Below, one piece after another: positions 13,050 to 24,780 of a stretch of 64,000 nucleotides of DNA. The notes below the pieces were generated by a model. That model was not told where the DNA came from and searched no databases. It was given only the letters and a program-made list of their open reading frames with translations. The position numbers and the translations under genes were made by a program. The stretch spans positions 13,828,001 through 13,892,000 of the forward strand of contig NC_045697.1 of the NCBI RefSeq assembly GCF_009834535.1. Reading direction: 5' to 3'. The DNA is from Camelus ferus (taxonomy: Eukaryota). Each line of letters starts with the position of its first letter. Position 1 is the stretch's first letter.

Positions 13050-14620
13050 ACTATTTATTATCTATGTATTATTTTATCTAGGATTTTTAAATCTATAGAC
13101 AAAGCAGGTTCTCAGAGGTTTTTTTGGACGTTCTTGGTTAAATAGCAGTTTCATTATTATTGTAATTTTCAATAACTAATTGGAAATCTGTCCTGTTTTC
13201 TTTCAGAACATCTTTCAAAGCAGAGCAAATATTTGTTCTTTGAAATCTTGAAAAAATCCCTCCATGAAAGTGTTGAAGGCAGGCTCCCTTTGGGGCATTA
13301 GCGTTTAGAAAATGTTCCTAATTTTCCTGAACGGATGTGTCTAATCAGGTTAACCACTCTTTTGTTAAAAAGTCTTTTTCAGTATGCTGTAGATTTTTAC
13401 AAAATCAAATTTCAAACTTTGCTGCTATTGTCACACAGTATCTCCAGGCTTTTTCTGTCCACTTTCTATCTGTGACTATATCCTTCCCTTATCGCAATGT
13501 TATGTATTTCTGCTTCCACATTTGTGTATTTCACTACTGTTTTTGAAGAAGTAGTTTTGTAATTCTGTTTTTCTATATCATTTATCCATTTATTCCAGCT
13601 CTATCAATTCCTTTATTTTACTGTTTTTCCTAGCTTTTTAATATATATTATTTATGTTTCTATAAATGTAAACACATTACATATAGATTATTTATGTTTA
13701 TCCATTATAGTTTGTTATAAAATTCATTCTAAAAAGTTTCTTTTATTTTTTTTTTCTCAGTACAGTTTTGACCACTTCTATCAAGTGTAAACATGTGGTA
13801 GTATCATTATCATTTGGATAGAACAGTATCTTGACATAGGTATCTGTATATCTGTATATCTGTATGTATATGTGTATATCTGTATGTATATATGTGTAAT
13901 GCATATACATGAAATATCTATTTTCTCTTTGATTAAAAAATTCTATTTAGGAAATCTTCCTTTGTTTCCAAATGGTCTTATTTGTGAAGGTGTGAGCGTG
14001 TTTATACTTTTATTATCAGTCTCCAATTTTATTGCATTTTGGGAAAAAAGAACATGTGGTGTGCAGTTTATAATTTGGTAGAGGTATTATAAAGATATTC
14101 CAAGATCTAATATGCAATTTATCTTTGCAGACGTTTCATATATATTTTAAATAGGTGTGCATTTTTACACTATCTGCATTATATTGTCAGGTTTATGCAT
14201 TATGCAATTCAGTTTTCCGTTGATGTTTTGACTATCGTATCTGTCAAAGAGCAAGAGGGCAACTTCAAAGTTTCTCACTATGATTTAAGTTTTGTAAAAC
14301 TGTTTTGTTAGTTCTAACTTGCTTTATAATCACAAACTGTTAGTTGTTATGTAAACATTTATAGCCACTATATAATCACTACAGATTATGTATTTACTTT
14401 CTACAAATAATCCCTCTTTTACTAATTAAATCATTGAGCTTTAAATTCAGTTCTCTTCGATAGAGTAGTACTACCCCTTGTTTCTTTTTATTTGAATGTA
14501 CCCAATATGTACTTGCCCAACCCTTTTTAAATATTGTGTTTCATCATTTTTGTGCATTTGTTATGTACCTAGTAAATATCTGAATGTTATTTTTTGATCC
14601 AGTTCAGACTCTTTAGTTCT
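13050..14620 (-). mobile_element. Ancient antisense L1 remnant
   Basis: T-rich tract with antisense L1 endonuclease-region motifs (ccaattttattgcattttggg; atctgtcaaagagcaagagggcaacttcaaagtttctcactatgatt). Confidence 0.55.
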
Positions 14621-17600
14621 TGTTAAGGAATTTCATAAATTCCAAAGAAGACAGAGAGGATGAAGGGTAAGAGATTCCTCATATGAAAACGAGCACCAGG
14701 GATTTTTTGACTCCTGGTCTTTTCAGAGGAACAAAGCAATAAATCCTACACGTCTGCTTAAACAACTCGTAACTGTGTTTCTGAACTTGAAGTCAAATTA
14801 GTCTCACTTGCACTTCAGATAACTCTGACTAATGAATTCCACTGCCTTACAATACACTTCTGGCTCCTTATTCTTTTTTTATCCTGTCTTTTGCTATCTC
14901 TCCAGTGTTCCCATTGCTTTATATTGTCTCCAAAGGTTTACAACTTGACTTATTTTCACTGTAGCAGTGGGTGCCTCTGTATTTAGAATGGTGAGCCTCT
15001 GTTTTTCTTCTAACGTAATGATTCACTGTAGAATGAATCATTTATTCTGCTTCTTTGGGTGAGGAACTTGGGTGCTGTATTCCTCTCCTCCACAACCGAC
15101 GATTCTCACGTGATGGAGGATTACCTAGAAATTTACAACCAGATTGTTAATATTAACTTAATTGTTATATTAGGCATTTAGAATAACTGTGTCATATACA
15201 TTTGAACAATTGTTTGACAATCAGCTATCAAGTTTTACTGTGCTTATAGCCCCTTCTCTTACAGCCAGTTTGCTCATAAGTGAGATAATTATTTTTATTC
15301 ATTTATTAGATGAACAGAGTAATTATATATATATGTATATGAAAGATACTCTGATTCTTTATTTTATGAATACTTAAAAGTGTATTTGTTTTCCTTTTTG
15401 TATGTATCAAGTTTGGCTACATCAAAACACACAAAAAAATTGCTTAAGATACATTAAAGTTTATTTCTCTCTCACATAAAAGAAGCCTAGGCATAGGAAG
15501 TCCAGATCTGATCTGGTAACTCTATGAATTTTGGTGGTGACCCAGGCTTTACACTCTGCCGCCCCTGGAGCAAAAGCGTATTCATGACCCAAGACTGTTG
15601 CTCAAGTGCACATGCACTTTCCAAGCAGAAGAACAGAGGAAAAGACAGATGAGAAAATAAAGTTATTATTTTCTTTTAAGGAGAATTCCTGAAAGTTTAT
15701 GCAATTCCAGTTACATCTTATTGAACCAATAGGAAGGAAATTGTCACATGGACTCACATAATTGCAAGGAAAACTAAGAAATACGCTTGACTAAAGTTGA
15801 AGAGAATGGAAATTTGAAAATACATGTAAGTTCTGGCCACATAACTAAGTATTGCTTTTTATGAATAAATAAAGTTTGGGAGTAAAAAACTTTCTTTCTA
15901 AAAATTACTGTCAACATTGTTTAACTATACCTATCTTAACAGAAGAGTAATTATCCAGTTTTTCTCTTTTGTAAGAAATATCTCATTTTTCTCTCCTCAA
16001 CCATGCATAATTTTTGAAATTGCTATTTATCTCTGAAATCATAAAAATTCAAACGTGTACACATATATTTTTCTTTATTATTTGAATTCAATAATCCCTT
16101 TTATTCTTAAGATTACAGCCTTTCGTCCTCGAAAATGTGTCTTTTTATTAATTTGATTTTTGTTGCTCTTCCATTCTGCGTGTACTCTCTGGCATTTGTA
16201 CTATAAATAAATGGCTTTCTTAGAGCTCTACCCTCAGTAACATCTTTCCTCTGTTATATTTTTATTTACTTCCAGAGAATTTCTTTAACTTCTTTTCTAA
16301 GTCACTAACTAATTCACTAATTGACTTAAATTACCTCATTTATCTGAGATTTGCTTTAAATAATTCAGTAATGCTTTTTGTCCTTAGGAACAGCAGTTCC
16401 TATCTCAGGTTATGCCATATTGGTACATATAATGTTTCTCAAACTTTGTTGTGAAGAAAAGATGGAAGAACTTCTGCTGTTGTTGTTGTTGTTGTCTTTC
16501 TTCCCCTGTTCCATGGAGCAAGCCCGCTTCACAGGGCTGTGTTTGGTCTGACCCTTCAACACTGTCTTCTTTTGAACCACTGAGTCTTCTCACCTACTTG
16601 GTAATTTTCCTCTGTCTGCATATGCTTAAACAACAGGTCTATGTTTGCCTAATAATGTGATTTGTGGTTTATTTTGCAGAGACTGTGTTTCAATTTTCAT
16701 CCCCAACGAAAAAGGAAGAGCATGTTTATATTTCCTGTGGTTTGATTCTGCTGGACCTGGGCTCCAGAGGGCCACAAGACAAAGGCAGGGACACATTTCA
16801 TCTTTTCGAACAGGTCCTGTCCAGCCACTAAAGCAGGTAACTGATTTCTGGCCCACTCGAGCCTGTAAGGTGGCCAAGAATTAACTCTGAGCTGCATTTT
16901 CAAGCAGAAAGATAAAAGTAACTATGAAGCTAAGTAAGCCTTAAGGAAAATCCCTTACTATTGCAATCAGTGCGTGTTGTTTCTCAAAAGCTAGCTGTGT
17001 ATCGAGGGATGGTTTGAGGAAATTTGCTGCGGCTACAGTCACTGCAGTACAAAGAACTTTAACATACAATTCTCACTTCCAGCTTAGCTGGCTAGCTAAC
17101 TCTCACCTCCAATCTTTATTATTCTAAGTGTAGGTTGTTTTTTTTCCAGTTTTCCAGGGAGTAACCTATACACCTAATAGGCAGACATCTCCTTTGCCTC
17201 CATCTGCTCAGTCTTCTCCAAAAATTTCTCTAATAGTCTTGATCTTTGATGGAAATCTGTGTTTCCAATGCCATCCAGATATATACTTATCTTTAGATTC
17301 CTTGTGTAATTTCAATAATATTGAGGGAGTGGGAAGAAGTAAATGCATGAGCACAAATGTCTATTTTGAAACTGAAATCTGAAAATGTGGTTTTCAGAGC
17401 CAAACTACTGCAGAAAGGCCAATTTTCCAAACTACAAATATGGTTTAAAATGTTTCCACTGCTTACAGCATGTGCTATGCAGGGTAAATTATTTTAATTA
17501 TTTTGAGACAACTAAACTTGTTTTATTTTTTAATGTTGGTAAACCGATCCAGGCAAGAATATTATAAAGCTGAAAATGTGTTAATTTTATCTAAAAAGTA

Positions 17601-18280
17601 GGCTTAAGCACAATTTAAGGAAGGCTAAAGTGATAAACAGTGCAGAACTCTAATATTTCAGGTTTTATATAACAGAATTGTATAAATGGGTATTTTTCTC
17701 AAAGTGTATCCAAATAGTCAACTAAATCAGGCACTAAAAATGTCAATGAGCGGCCAGATTTTAAGGCCTGTGGGGCAAACTTTGATTTTTAATTAAATAT
17801 TGGTAGTACCTACTTGATAGATTAAAGCTATTTTTATCTCATTAACTACATTAACTATATTATAATATGCTTTTCTCTTTTTTCATAAAAAAATTAATTC
17901 TATCCTCCCAGTCTTCTACCACAGGTCACTATATTCAATCACATGCACTTACAGAGATAAGGTCAGCCTGATTGTCCCCTCTGCAGTCAGTAAAAGCTGC
18001 TGAAATCCACCAAATCTGGCCACCAGAATCTTATCTGCACTCATTAGGTGGATTCTTCTGGTACCAGTTAGCAATAAAAGACAGGATTCTTTAATCAGGA
18101 ACTTTAAAAAGATTAAAAGGTATTTTTACAAAAAGATTCATTGGGAAGAACTAAACCCATATTTTAAAAAGAACTACATAGATAACGTTTGCTAAATTGT
18201 TAACTGAAAGTAAAAAATAAATACAAAAGGATGTACAATTGTAATAACAATGCCTTTCCCACATCATTGGTTATAATAAT

Positions 18281-18364
18281 AGTGATGATGATGGTGAAGG
18301 TAATGGTGATGATGATGGTGGTGATGGTGGTGATGGTGATGATGGTGGTGGTGATGGTGATGAC
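18281..18364. repeat. Degenerate (GAT/GGT)n trinucleotide repeat
   Basis: gtgatgatgatggtgaaggtaatggtgatgatgatggtggtgatgg...; explains the Ile/Thr-rich ORF at 18200-18415. Confidence 0.9.
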
Positions 18365-18899
18365 AGACGTTATTGTGGGTCTCCCTGTGTAGCAGATTTT
18401 TTTCCCATCCAGCATTCATTCACCCTATGTCCATTAACAGCTTTGGGATTTTTCCTTTAAGCATCACTGCCCTATTCTTCCTGGGCACCCCTGCCCTATT
18501 CGCGGTCCACTCCCTCCTTCCTGTTAGAAGAATTTGCGTGGCCAAAGCCCAGGTCACAGAACCAATGACTCGTCCTCTGATTTTTGTAAGGATGGGTGTA
18601 GATACATGTCGGTCAAATTGCGGAGGATCTAGGGGTTTGCAGGGGCTGCTAGGAAGAGGGTGACTCTCTCTCCAGTGAATCCAGGATGCCTGTAGCTGAG
18701 GAAGCATCTGGAATCGTGAGGAGGAAGCTTGATAAGAGTAGAACCAGAAAAGATGATGTGGCGCTGAGAGACGGAGGAAGAGAACACAAGTTTGAACAGC
18801 AACGAACTTGAACTTAAACCCTGAACCCAATCTTTCCTGAAACCATTCCTACTCCTGGACCTGTCAGTTCATCCTCCCTTGCTCACTCCTCGGCAGCTC

Positions 18900-19320
18900 C
18901 TGATTTATTTTGAAGAAGCCAAATGAAGTTTCCATCAGGCCGTTGCATTTTCTGTTACGTCTGCCTAGAATGCCTCCCACCCTCACCCCCCAGCTATACT
19001 TCCTCCTTCATTTTTCTCCTGCCTCTGCTCATATATAAACCCCTCAGAGAAGCCCCACCTGACACTCTTCTGAAGAAGTACTTCCCGTCCTTCCCCCACC
19101 CGCATCCCGCTCTCACCTGCCTAAACGTCCTCACATCTGCCATTGTACAATGCAGCGGCCTTTCATGTGCAACTTCTCTGTCTCCTCACAGGAGCATGGG
19201 CTTCCATGGGCAGTAAGTGTGCTTGTTTCTTCCTGGCCACATCCCAGCATCAAGAACGATGCCTATTGCCCCGGGAACACAGCAACTATTTGTTGAATGA
19301 AAGAATAAACGAATCAATAA
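18900..19320 (+). mobile_element. L2 3' end
   Basis: ctgcctagaatgcctccc...atcccagcatcaagaacgatgcc...tatttgttgaatgaaagaataaacgaat, an L2 3' terminus with tail. Confidence 0.7.
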
Positions 19321-21459
19321 ACCCCTTGGCTGTTATTATTTTGGCATAATCCAGGAGTAGATATTCTGTCACAGCCCGAAGTTCCCAAATGTTTGAATAT
19401 CATTATGCTAGTTTTCCTGATCCAGAAATTAAAGCTTACATGGTTAAGTCGAAAGTAAATGGAGGAAGGGATTTAAAAGTCAGGTTCTGTCTGACTCCAG
19501 AGCTCTTAAAAGCTGATCTCCACTGCTCTTCAGATTGCTGTGTTTAACCAGGAAGATTTAAAGGATGTTCTTTCCTTATTAGGTCCATGTTTTCTTCTTC
19601 TAATGGATAATAAAATAACTTAATAGAAATCTCTTATAATGTTGCATTCAGTGATGGAAACTAATAGCTAATAAACTCTTGCCAAGTGCAGATGCTATTA
19701 GACATATATGCTGTTATAAGTAGAAAGAATCATTGGACTGCTATGCTTTTTAAGTTGATAGGGAGCTGTGTGCAGTGGATATACACATAGTATGAACACA
19801 CATCCAGATTTTGCCTCAGACAGTCCTGATGTATTCTTGTTGTTGTCCTGACATAAAAATAACTAGTACCTCAAAACATACTGAGATATATATATATCTC
19901 CCATCATAGGGTTGGTCTATCGTAACCTTCTAAACAACCTGTTGGCATGGTTTTCTGAACTTCTGGATTTGTCTTTCTGCCTCATTCAAACAACAGAAAC
20001 ATACTACATTTCTGAAACATGCCAGCAATTCCTATAGACAAAGCATTCACAGTAGAATAGACAAGTGTGTAAACGAACAATGACCATGCACATGAAAAGG
20101 GCTGGGAGGGAAGAGGGAGAGAGATCTCAGACTTTTTCACTTATTTCCATTTCTACAGCTGGCACGCTTTTCCAAACCACCACCATCTTTCCTTGGGACT
20201 ACTGCCATAAATTCCTAAGTAGGTCCCCCACTTCATCCCTTCTCCCCCTTCTATCTGTTAGCGACACTGCAGCCAACATGAACATTTAAGACACAAACGG
20301 TCTTATCCTCCCATTGTGGGGATTAAATGAATGTTTAAGTCCAGATGCTCTAGAAAACAGAGCCTAAGGCAAAAGCTTATATGTTAAGAGTATATTGAGG
20401 AGTTCAAGTGCCAGGAAAGCCAGAGGGAGGGAAAAGGGGAGTGAAGCAGGAAAGGACAGAGAGAGGAAATGGAGTGATATGCAGCTGACTCCTGCCCAGT
20501 CCCAGGGTACTATCTTGATTGCTCAATATCATGGGATCATCTACCAATGGGCCCTGAGAACTATTATTTCTCAGGACAATCTGCTGAAGGTGGGGGTAAT
20601 GGCAGGAGGTGAAAAGACTTTGTCTTCTATCTCCTATTGGTCAAAGTTTTGTTCCTTAGTATTTTTCTCTCCCATATTTCCAGGTTTGGCAAGTATGGAA
20701 GCTGCATGGGTCCTGAAATGATTATATCTCAGCTGCGTCAGAGAGAGAAGCCCTAGGGCTGGAGGGGAGGGATGTACAGTGAGGCATAAGACAAGGGCCA
20801 GCTCAGGGTGCTCCAGAGAAATTGGTTTTGCAGGGACCAGGATTGGAGCAGAAGATGTGACCAAGAGCCTCGGAGACAATCAGGCTGAGAGGATCTGAAA
20901 CAGTACAAAAGAGGTTTCTGACAGAACAAATTAACACTGAGTGCCTGGAAGCATGTCTGTCATATTAGAAGCACCCAGCAAATGTTATTGGTCTGTTATT
21001 TACAATTATTATAAATGAAGTATTTGAAACAGGGGACATGATGGTTATAGATACATTATAAATAGCACTCAGTAGACACATGGAGAGTTCTTGTATGCAT
21101 TAACTGTGTATTCATTAATGTTAATAAAGAATGGCCATTAATTCATTGGTTTCGATTGAGCATCCACCTTGTACAAGACAGTGGTGAGACCTGTGATCAC
21201 AGTGGTAAACAATTAGGCTATGACTTCTGTCCTCATGAGAAGAAAGAGTCAAACATGAATCAAGTCCACAATTATGAATTAAATCATGACTTTGATGGAG
21301 GAACACAGGACTCCTCCCTTGGAGCATATGAAGGAAGGCTATGAACTAGTCTTGGAGGAGATCATCAAGAAGGTCAAAGAAGTGACAATTTAGTCAAGAG
21401 GAAAAAGAGAGAGGAGCTTTGTGGGCAGAGGTGGCAGCAGGGGTTTGGTGGGGCTACCT

Positions 21460-21840
21460 ACATGGGTCCACTTGGTGAGGCCATGATGCCTGGTTTTTGG
21501 TCAAACACCAGTCTAGATGTTACTGTGAAGGTATTTTCAGATGACATTAACATTTAAGTCAGTAGACTTTGAATAAAATACATTATCTTTTATAATGTGA
21601 ATGGGCCTCATTTAATAATTTGAAGGCTTAAGAGAAAAGACTATAAGATTTCCTGGGGAAGAAGGAATTCGGCCTCTGTAAGGCCTTTGTGCCTGGAAGT
21701 GTAACATCAGCCCTTGCCTGGGTCTCCAGCCTGCTGGCCTGCCCTGCGGATTGTAGACTTTCCATATCTATATCCATATCCATATCCATATCTATATCCA
21801 TCCCATGGTTCTGTTCTCTAGAGAACTCTGGGAAATACAG
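21460..21840 (+). mobile_element. MLT2D-like ERVL LTR nested in an antisense L2
   Basis: tggtcaaacaccagtctagatgttactgtgaaggtatttt...gggtctccagcctgctggcctgccctgcggattgtagactt...ggttctgttctctagagaac. Confidence 0.85.
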
Positions 21841-22017
21841 CCGGGCAAAGACCCTGAGCCCACCAGACAGCACAGCTTGTTCAAGACTCTGAGAAAGCGT
21901 ACTGTGGTCCAATGAGGGGTGGGTGGTTGAGCTCGGAGAGGAAAGCAGGAGTCAGATACTCAGGCCCTTAAGGCAGTGGCATGGATCTTCATCTTTGAGT
22001 GCTCTGGAAATTCACTG

Positions 22018-22572
22018 TGTTAGGTAGTTAGATAAGTGGGGTCACTGGGCAGATGAGGTGGAGGAGAGGGAGGATTCGTCCAGACGATGGCGTTATGCCC
22101 ACCTTCAGCCTAAAGGAGCTTTACTTCCTCTAAATGAGTGCCAGCAAGAAATTGGTTAGAACCCGACAGCCACAACTGTGCAGTTACGGCAAGGACCTAA
22201 CCTGATAGGACCCAGTGCTCATTGTACTATAATTAGCACTGTGGTTTAGGTCCCCCACATGGCTTTGTCAGTGTGCATCATGGGTAAGGACATGCACAAA
22301 GAGGTCAAATGTGACTAAGCATTTCAGGGGCAAAGGCTGTCAATCAATCAAGAGACCACCTTTAAGTGAGGGAATAAGAGAAGGGGCAAACAAAGACCAT
22401 TGCTGTCCTCCCTTGGACCAGCCTGCTTCCCATTCTCGGAGCTGTGCTTTCCCTTTGCTAATAAAACCTTAAACTCTTTTGCTACATAACACAGTTTTGT
22501 TTCCCTTCTGAATTCTTCTCTTTCAGGTAAGACAAGAATTGAGGTCTTTTTCCTTCCCCTTTTGGGGTAGCA
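22018..22572 (+). mobile_element. Solo LTR, probably ERV1 class, with 4-bp TSD ACTG
   Basis: Starts TG, ends CA, flanked by ACTG at 22014-22017 and 22573-22576; AATAAA near 22460; interrupts an L2 remnant. Confidence 0.8.
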
Positions 22573-23892
22573 ACTGAATCACTTTAAGTAGGTTGGATTG
22601 GAAATGTTTAACTTTGAAATCAGGAGACCTGTGTAATAATGTGGGTGAAAGATCATGCAATCCTGAACTAGGCTAGGGCCTGAAAGAGAGAGAGAGGGTT
22701 CTCGGGGGACATTTCCTTAGCTCTCCTCACTGTATTTGCCCCATAGGTGCCGCTGTCTTGGAACACGGTAAAATACCTGCGGTGGCTGCTAGTGAGTTTT
22801 GTAATTCTGGGGTGAAGATTTCCTCTCCTTGACCTGCATCTGTAGCCATGGAAAAGGTTTTATACATGATGCCAACTTCTTACAGGTTAGAGAAGTCAGT
22901 TCATTTTAAATTCATGTTCCCAATTCTTTGTTTCAGACACTGAAAAGTTTAATATGTTAACTCAAACATTTTCTGATGTCTTACAAATTACCCAGGGACT
23001 CTTTCTCCAGATAAGCCCTGAAATCTGTGTAAAAGTGATATTCGTATACTGCTGAGTCTCTTTGTCTTTTCCCCTTGATTTGGTCTGCTAAAATATGGAT
23101 TGCAAGTTTCAGTTAAAAAAGCTTGCAATGTATGCTTAAATAGATATAATTACCTGTGACGTTAGAAGACAGCCAACTTTTAATTTTCTAGGTATGTGAG
23201 TCTTATGCTGAGAAATTCACTGTTTAATGGAACCTTCAAATCTGCCCTGCAGCCTATTACATTTTCTAGTACTCTCATTTTCTTCCATAACACAATATTT
23301 CATATATTTTCCCCTTAAAATCTCCTACCGCCTCCTCTCAGCACCCCTCTTCACCACACAACTCCCAGACAAAAGCTTCCTCTCATGCTTGTTAGTGAAA
23401 ACAGAAGCAATCAGAAGGGAGGTCCTTCCAAGGATCCTCTAAATCCTCCTTGACTTTCCCTGCCCACATCTTTCCTTCTTCTGATTTCAGTGAAGAAAAC
23501 GTCCCTCCATCCTTCAAAAATCAATCTCTCAGATGTTCAGTTTCCCATCAACTTTTCTGCTGTCTCCTCCAAGATTTTAATTTCTTTGGTTATCCCCCTC
23601 CTTCTTGTACATTTAACTTCTCTCTCTCTCTGCTGGATTGTCCATCAGCATGAAAGCAACACTCAGTGATTCCCACTAAGGACAGAAGAGGAGGAGGAGG
23701 CAGCCCTCCTGTTTCAATTCCTTCTGCAGCCACAATCTGTTCTCTCTTCTTTCCTTCTTCAAATAATAACACTCCCCATAACTGTGACACGGTCTCTCCA
23801 CACCAGGGATAGTAGCTAAAGGCATTCTTCCTCTGTTTTCAGATACACAGTAAGACAACAAGTTATTAACATCACCTTGCAGTCTTTTTTAC

Positions 23893-24175
23893 TTTCTACC
23901 CAGGTAACATTGGTTTATAGCATTATATGTTTCACAGGTACAACACTGTATTTCTACTTCTGAATACACTACAGCCTGTTCACCTCTAAAAACTGAGTTT
24001 CCATCCCTCCCTGTAAAGTCGATGCCCTTTACCCATTTTACCCTGCCCCCTCCTGCCCCTTCCCCTCTGGGAACCACAACTCTGTTCTCAGTAGCTGTTT
24101 GTTTTTGTTTGGTTTGGTTTGTGCTTTTATTTTGCATATTAGTCTTCTATATTTCACGTAAGAATGAAATCATTT
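23893..24175 (-). mobile_element. L1 3' UTR fragment
   Basis: taacattggtttatagcattatatgtttcacaggtacaac...cccttcccctctgggaaccacaactctgttctc. Confidence 0.75.
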
Positions 24176-24190
24176 ATCAACCTTTAGCGC

Positions 24191-24335
24191 TTTTTTTTTT
24201 ATTTCTACTTTTTTGGGGGGACAATAATAGGTTTATTTCTTTATTCGTTTTTTTCAATAGAGGCACTGGGGATAGAACTCAGGACCTCCTGCATGCTAAG
24301 CATGCTCTCTACCACTGAGATCTACCCCCCCACCA
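24191..24335 (-). mobile_element. tRNA-derived SINE (camelid Vic-1-like)
   Basis: gaggcactggggatagaactcaggacctcctgcatgctaagcatgctctctaccactgagatctacccc is the antisense of the SINE family at 5744. Confidence 0.85.
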
Positions 24336-24462
24336 ACACTTAGTTCTTGACCGTGATCCCAGAGTGTCTCCACCAGCAGCCAAAAGACAGCTACTTCCAG
24401 AGAAGGGTGTGGGCAGCACTGCACAGTAGTGAGGTTCAGAGAAAAATTAAGAGTGAATGAGC

Positions 24463-24780
24463 TGATTCAGTTATATGTATTTTTTTCAGATTATTTTCCA
24501 TTATAGGTAATTACAAGGTGTTGAGTATTTCTCCCAGTGTTATACAGTAAATCCTTGTTGCTTATCTATTCTATATATAGTAGTTTGCATCTGTTAATCC
24601 CATACTCCTGATTTATCCCTGCTTGTCCTTCCTCTTTGATAACTCTAAGTTAGTTTTCTATGTCTATGAGTCTGTTCTGTTTTGTACATAAATTCATTTG
24701 TATTATTTTTTAGATTCTACATACAGAAACTAACACAATATTGTAAATCAACTTGACTTCAATTTTTTTATTATTAAATT
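24463..24780. mobile_element. 5'-inverted (twin-primed) L1 3' fragment
   Basis: 24463-24723 is antisense L1 3' UTR; 24724-24765 is the sense terminal part (cagaaactaacacaatattgtaaatcaac...ttcaat); degenerate TSD-like taagag...tgagctga on both sides. Confidence 0.7.

Noticed and set aside
16451..16660. Poly-Cys / poly-Gln ORFs
   Set aside because: Produced by a short (TGT)n simple repeat.
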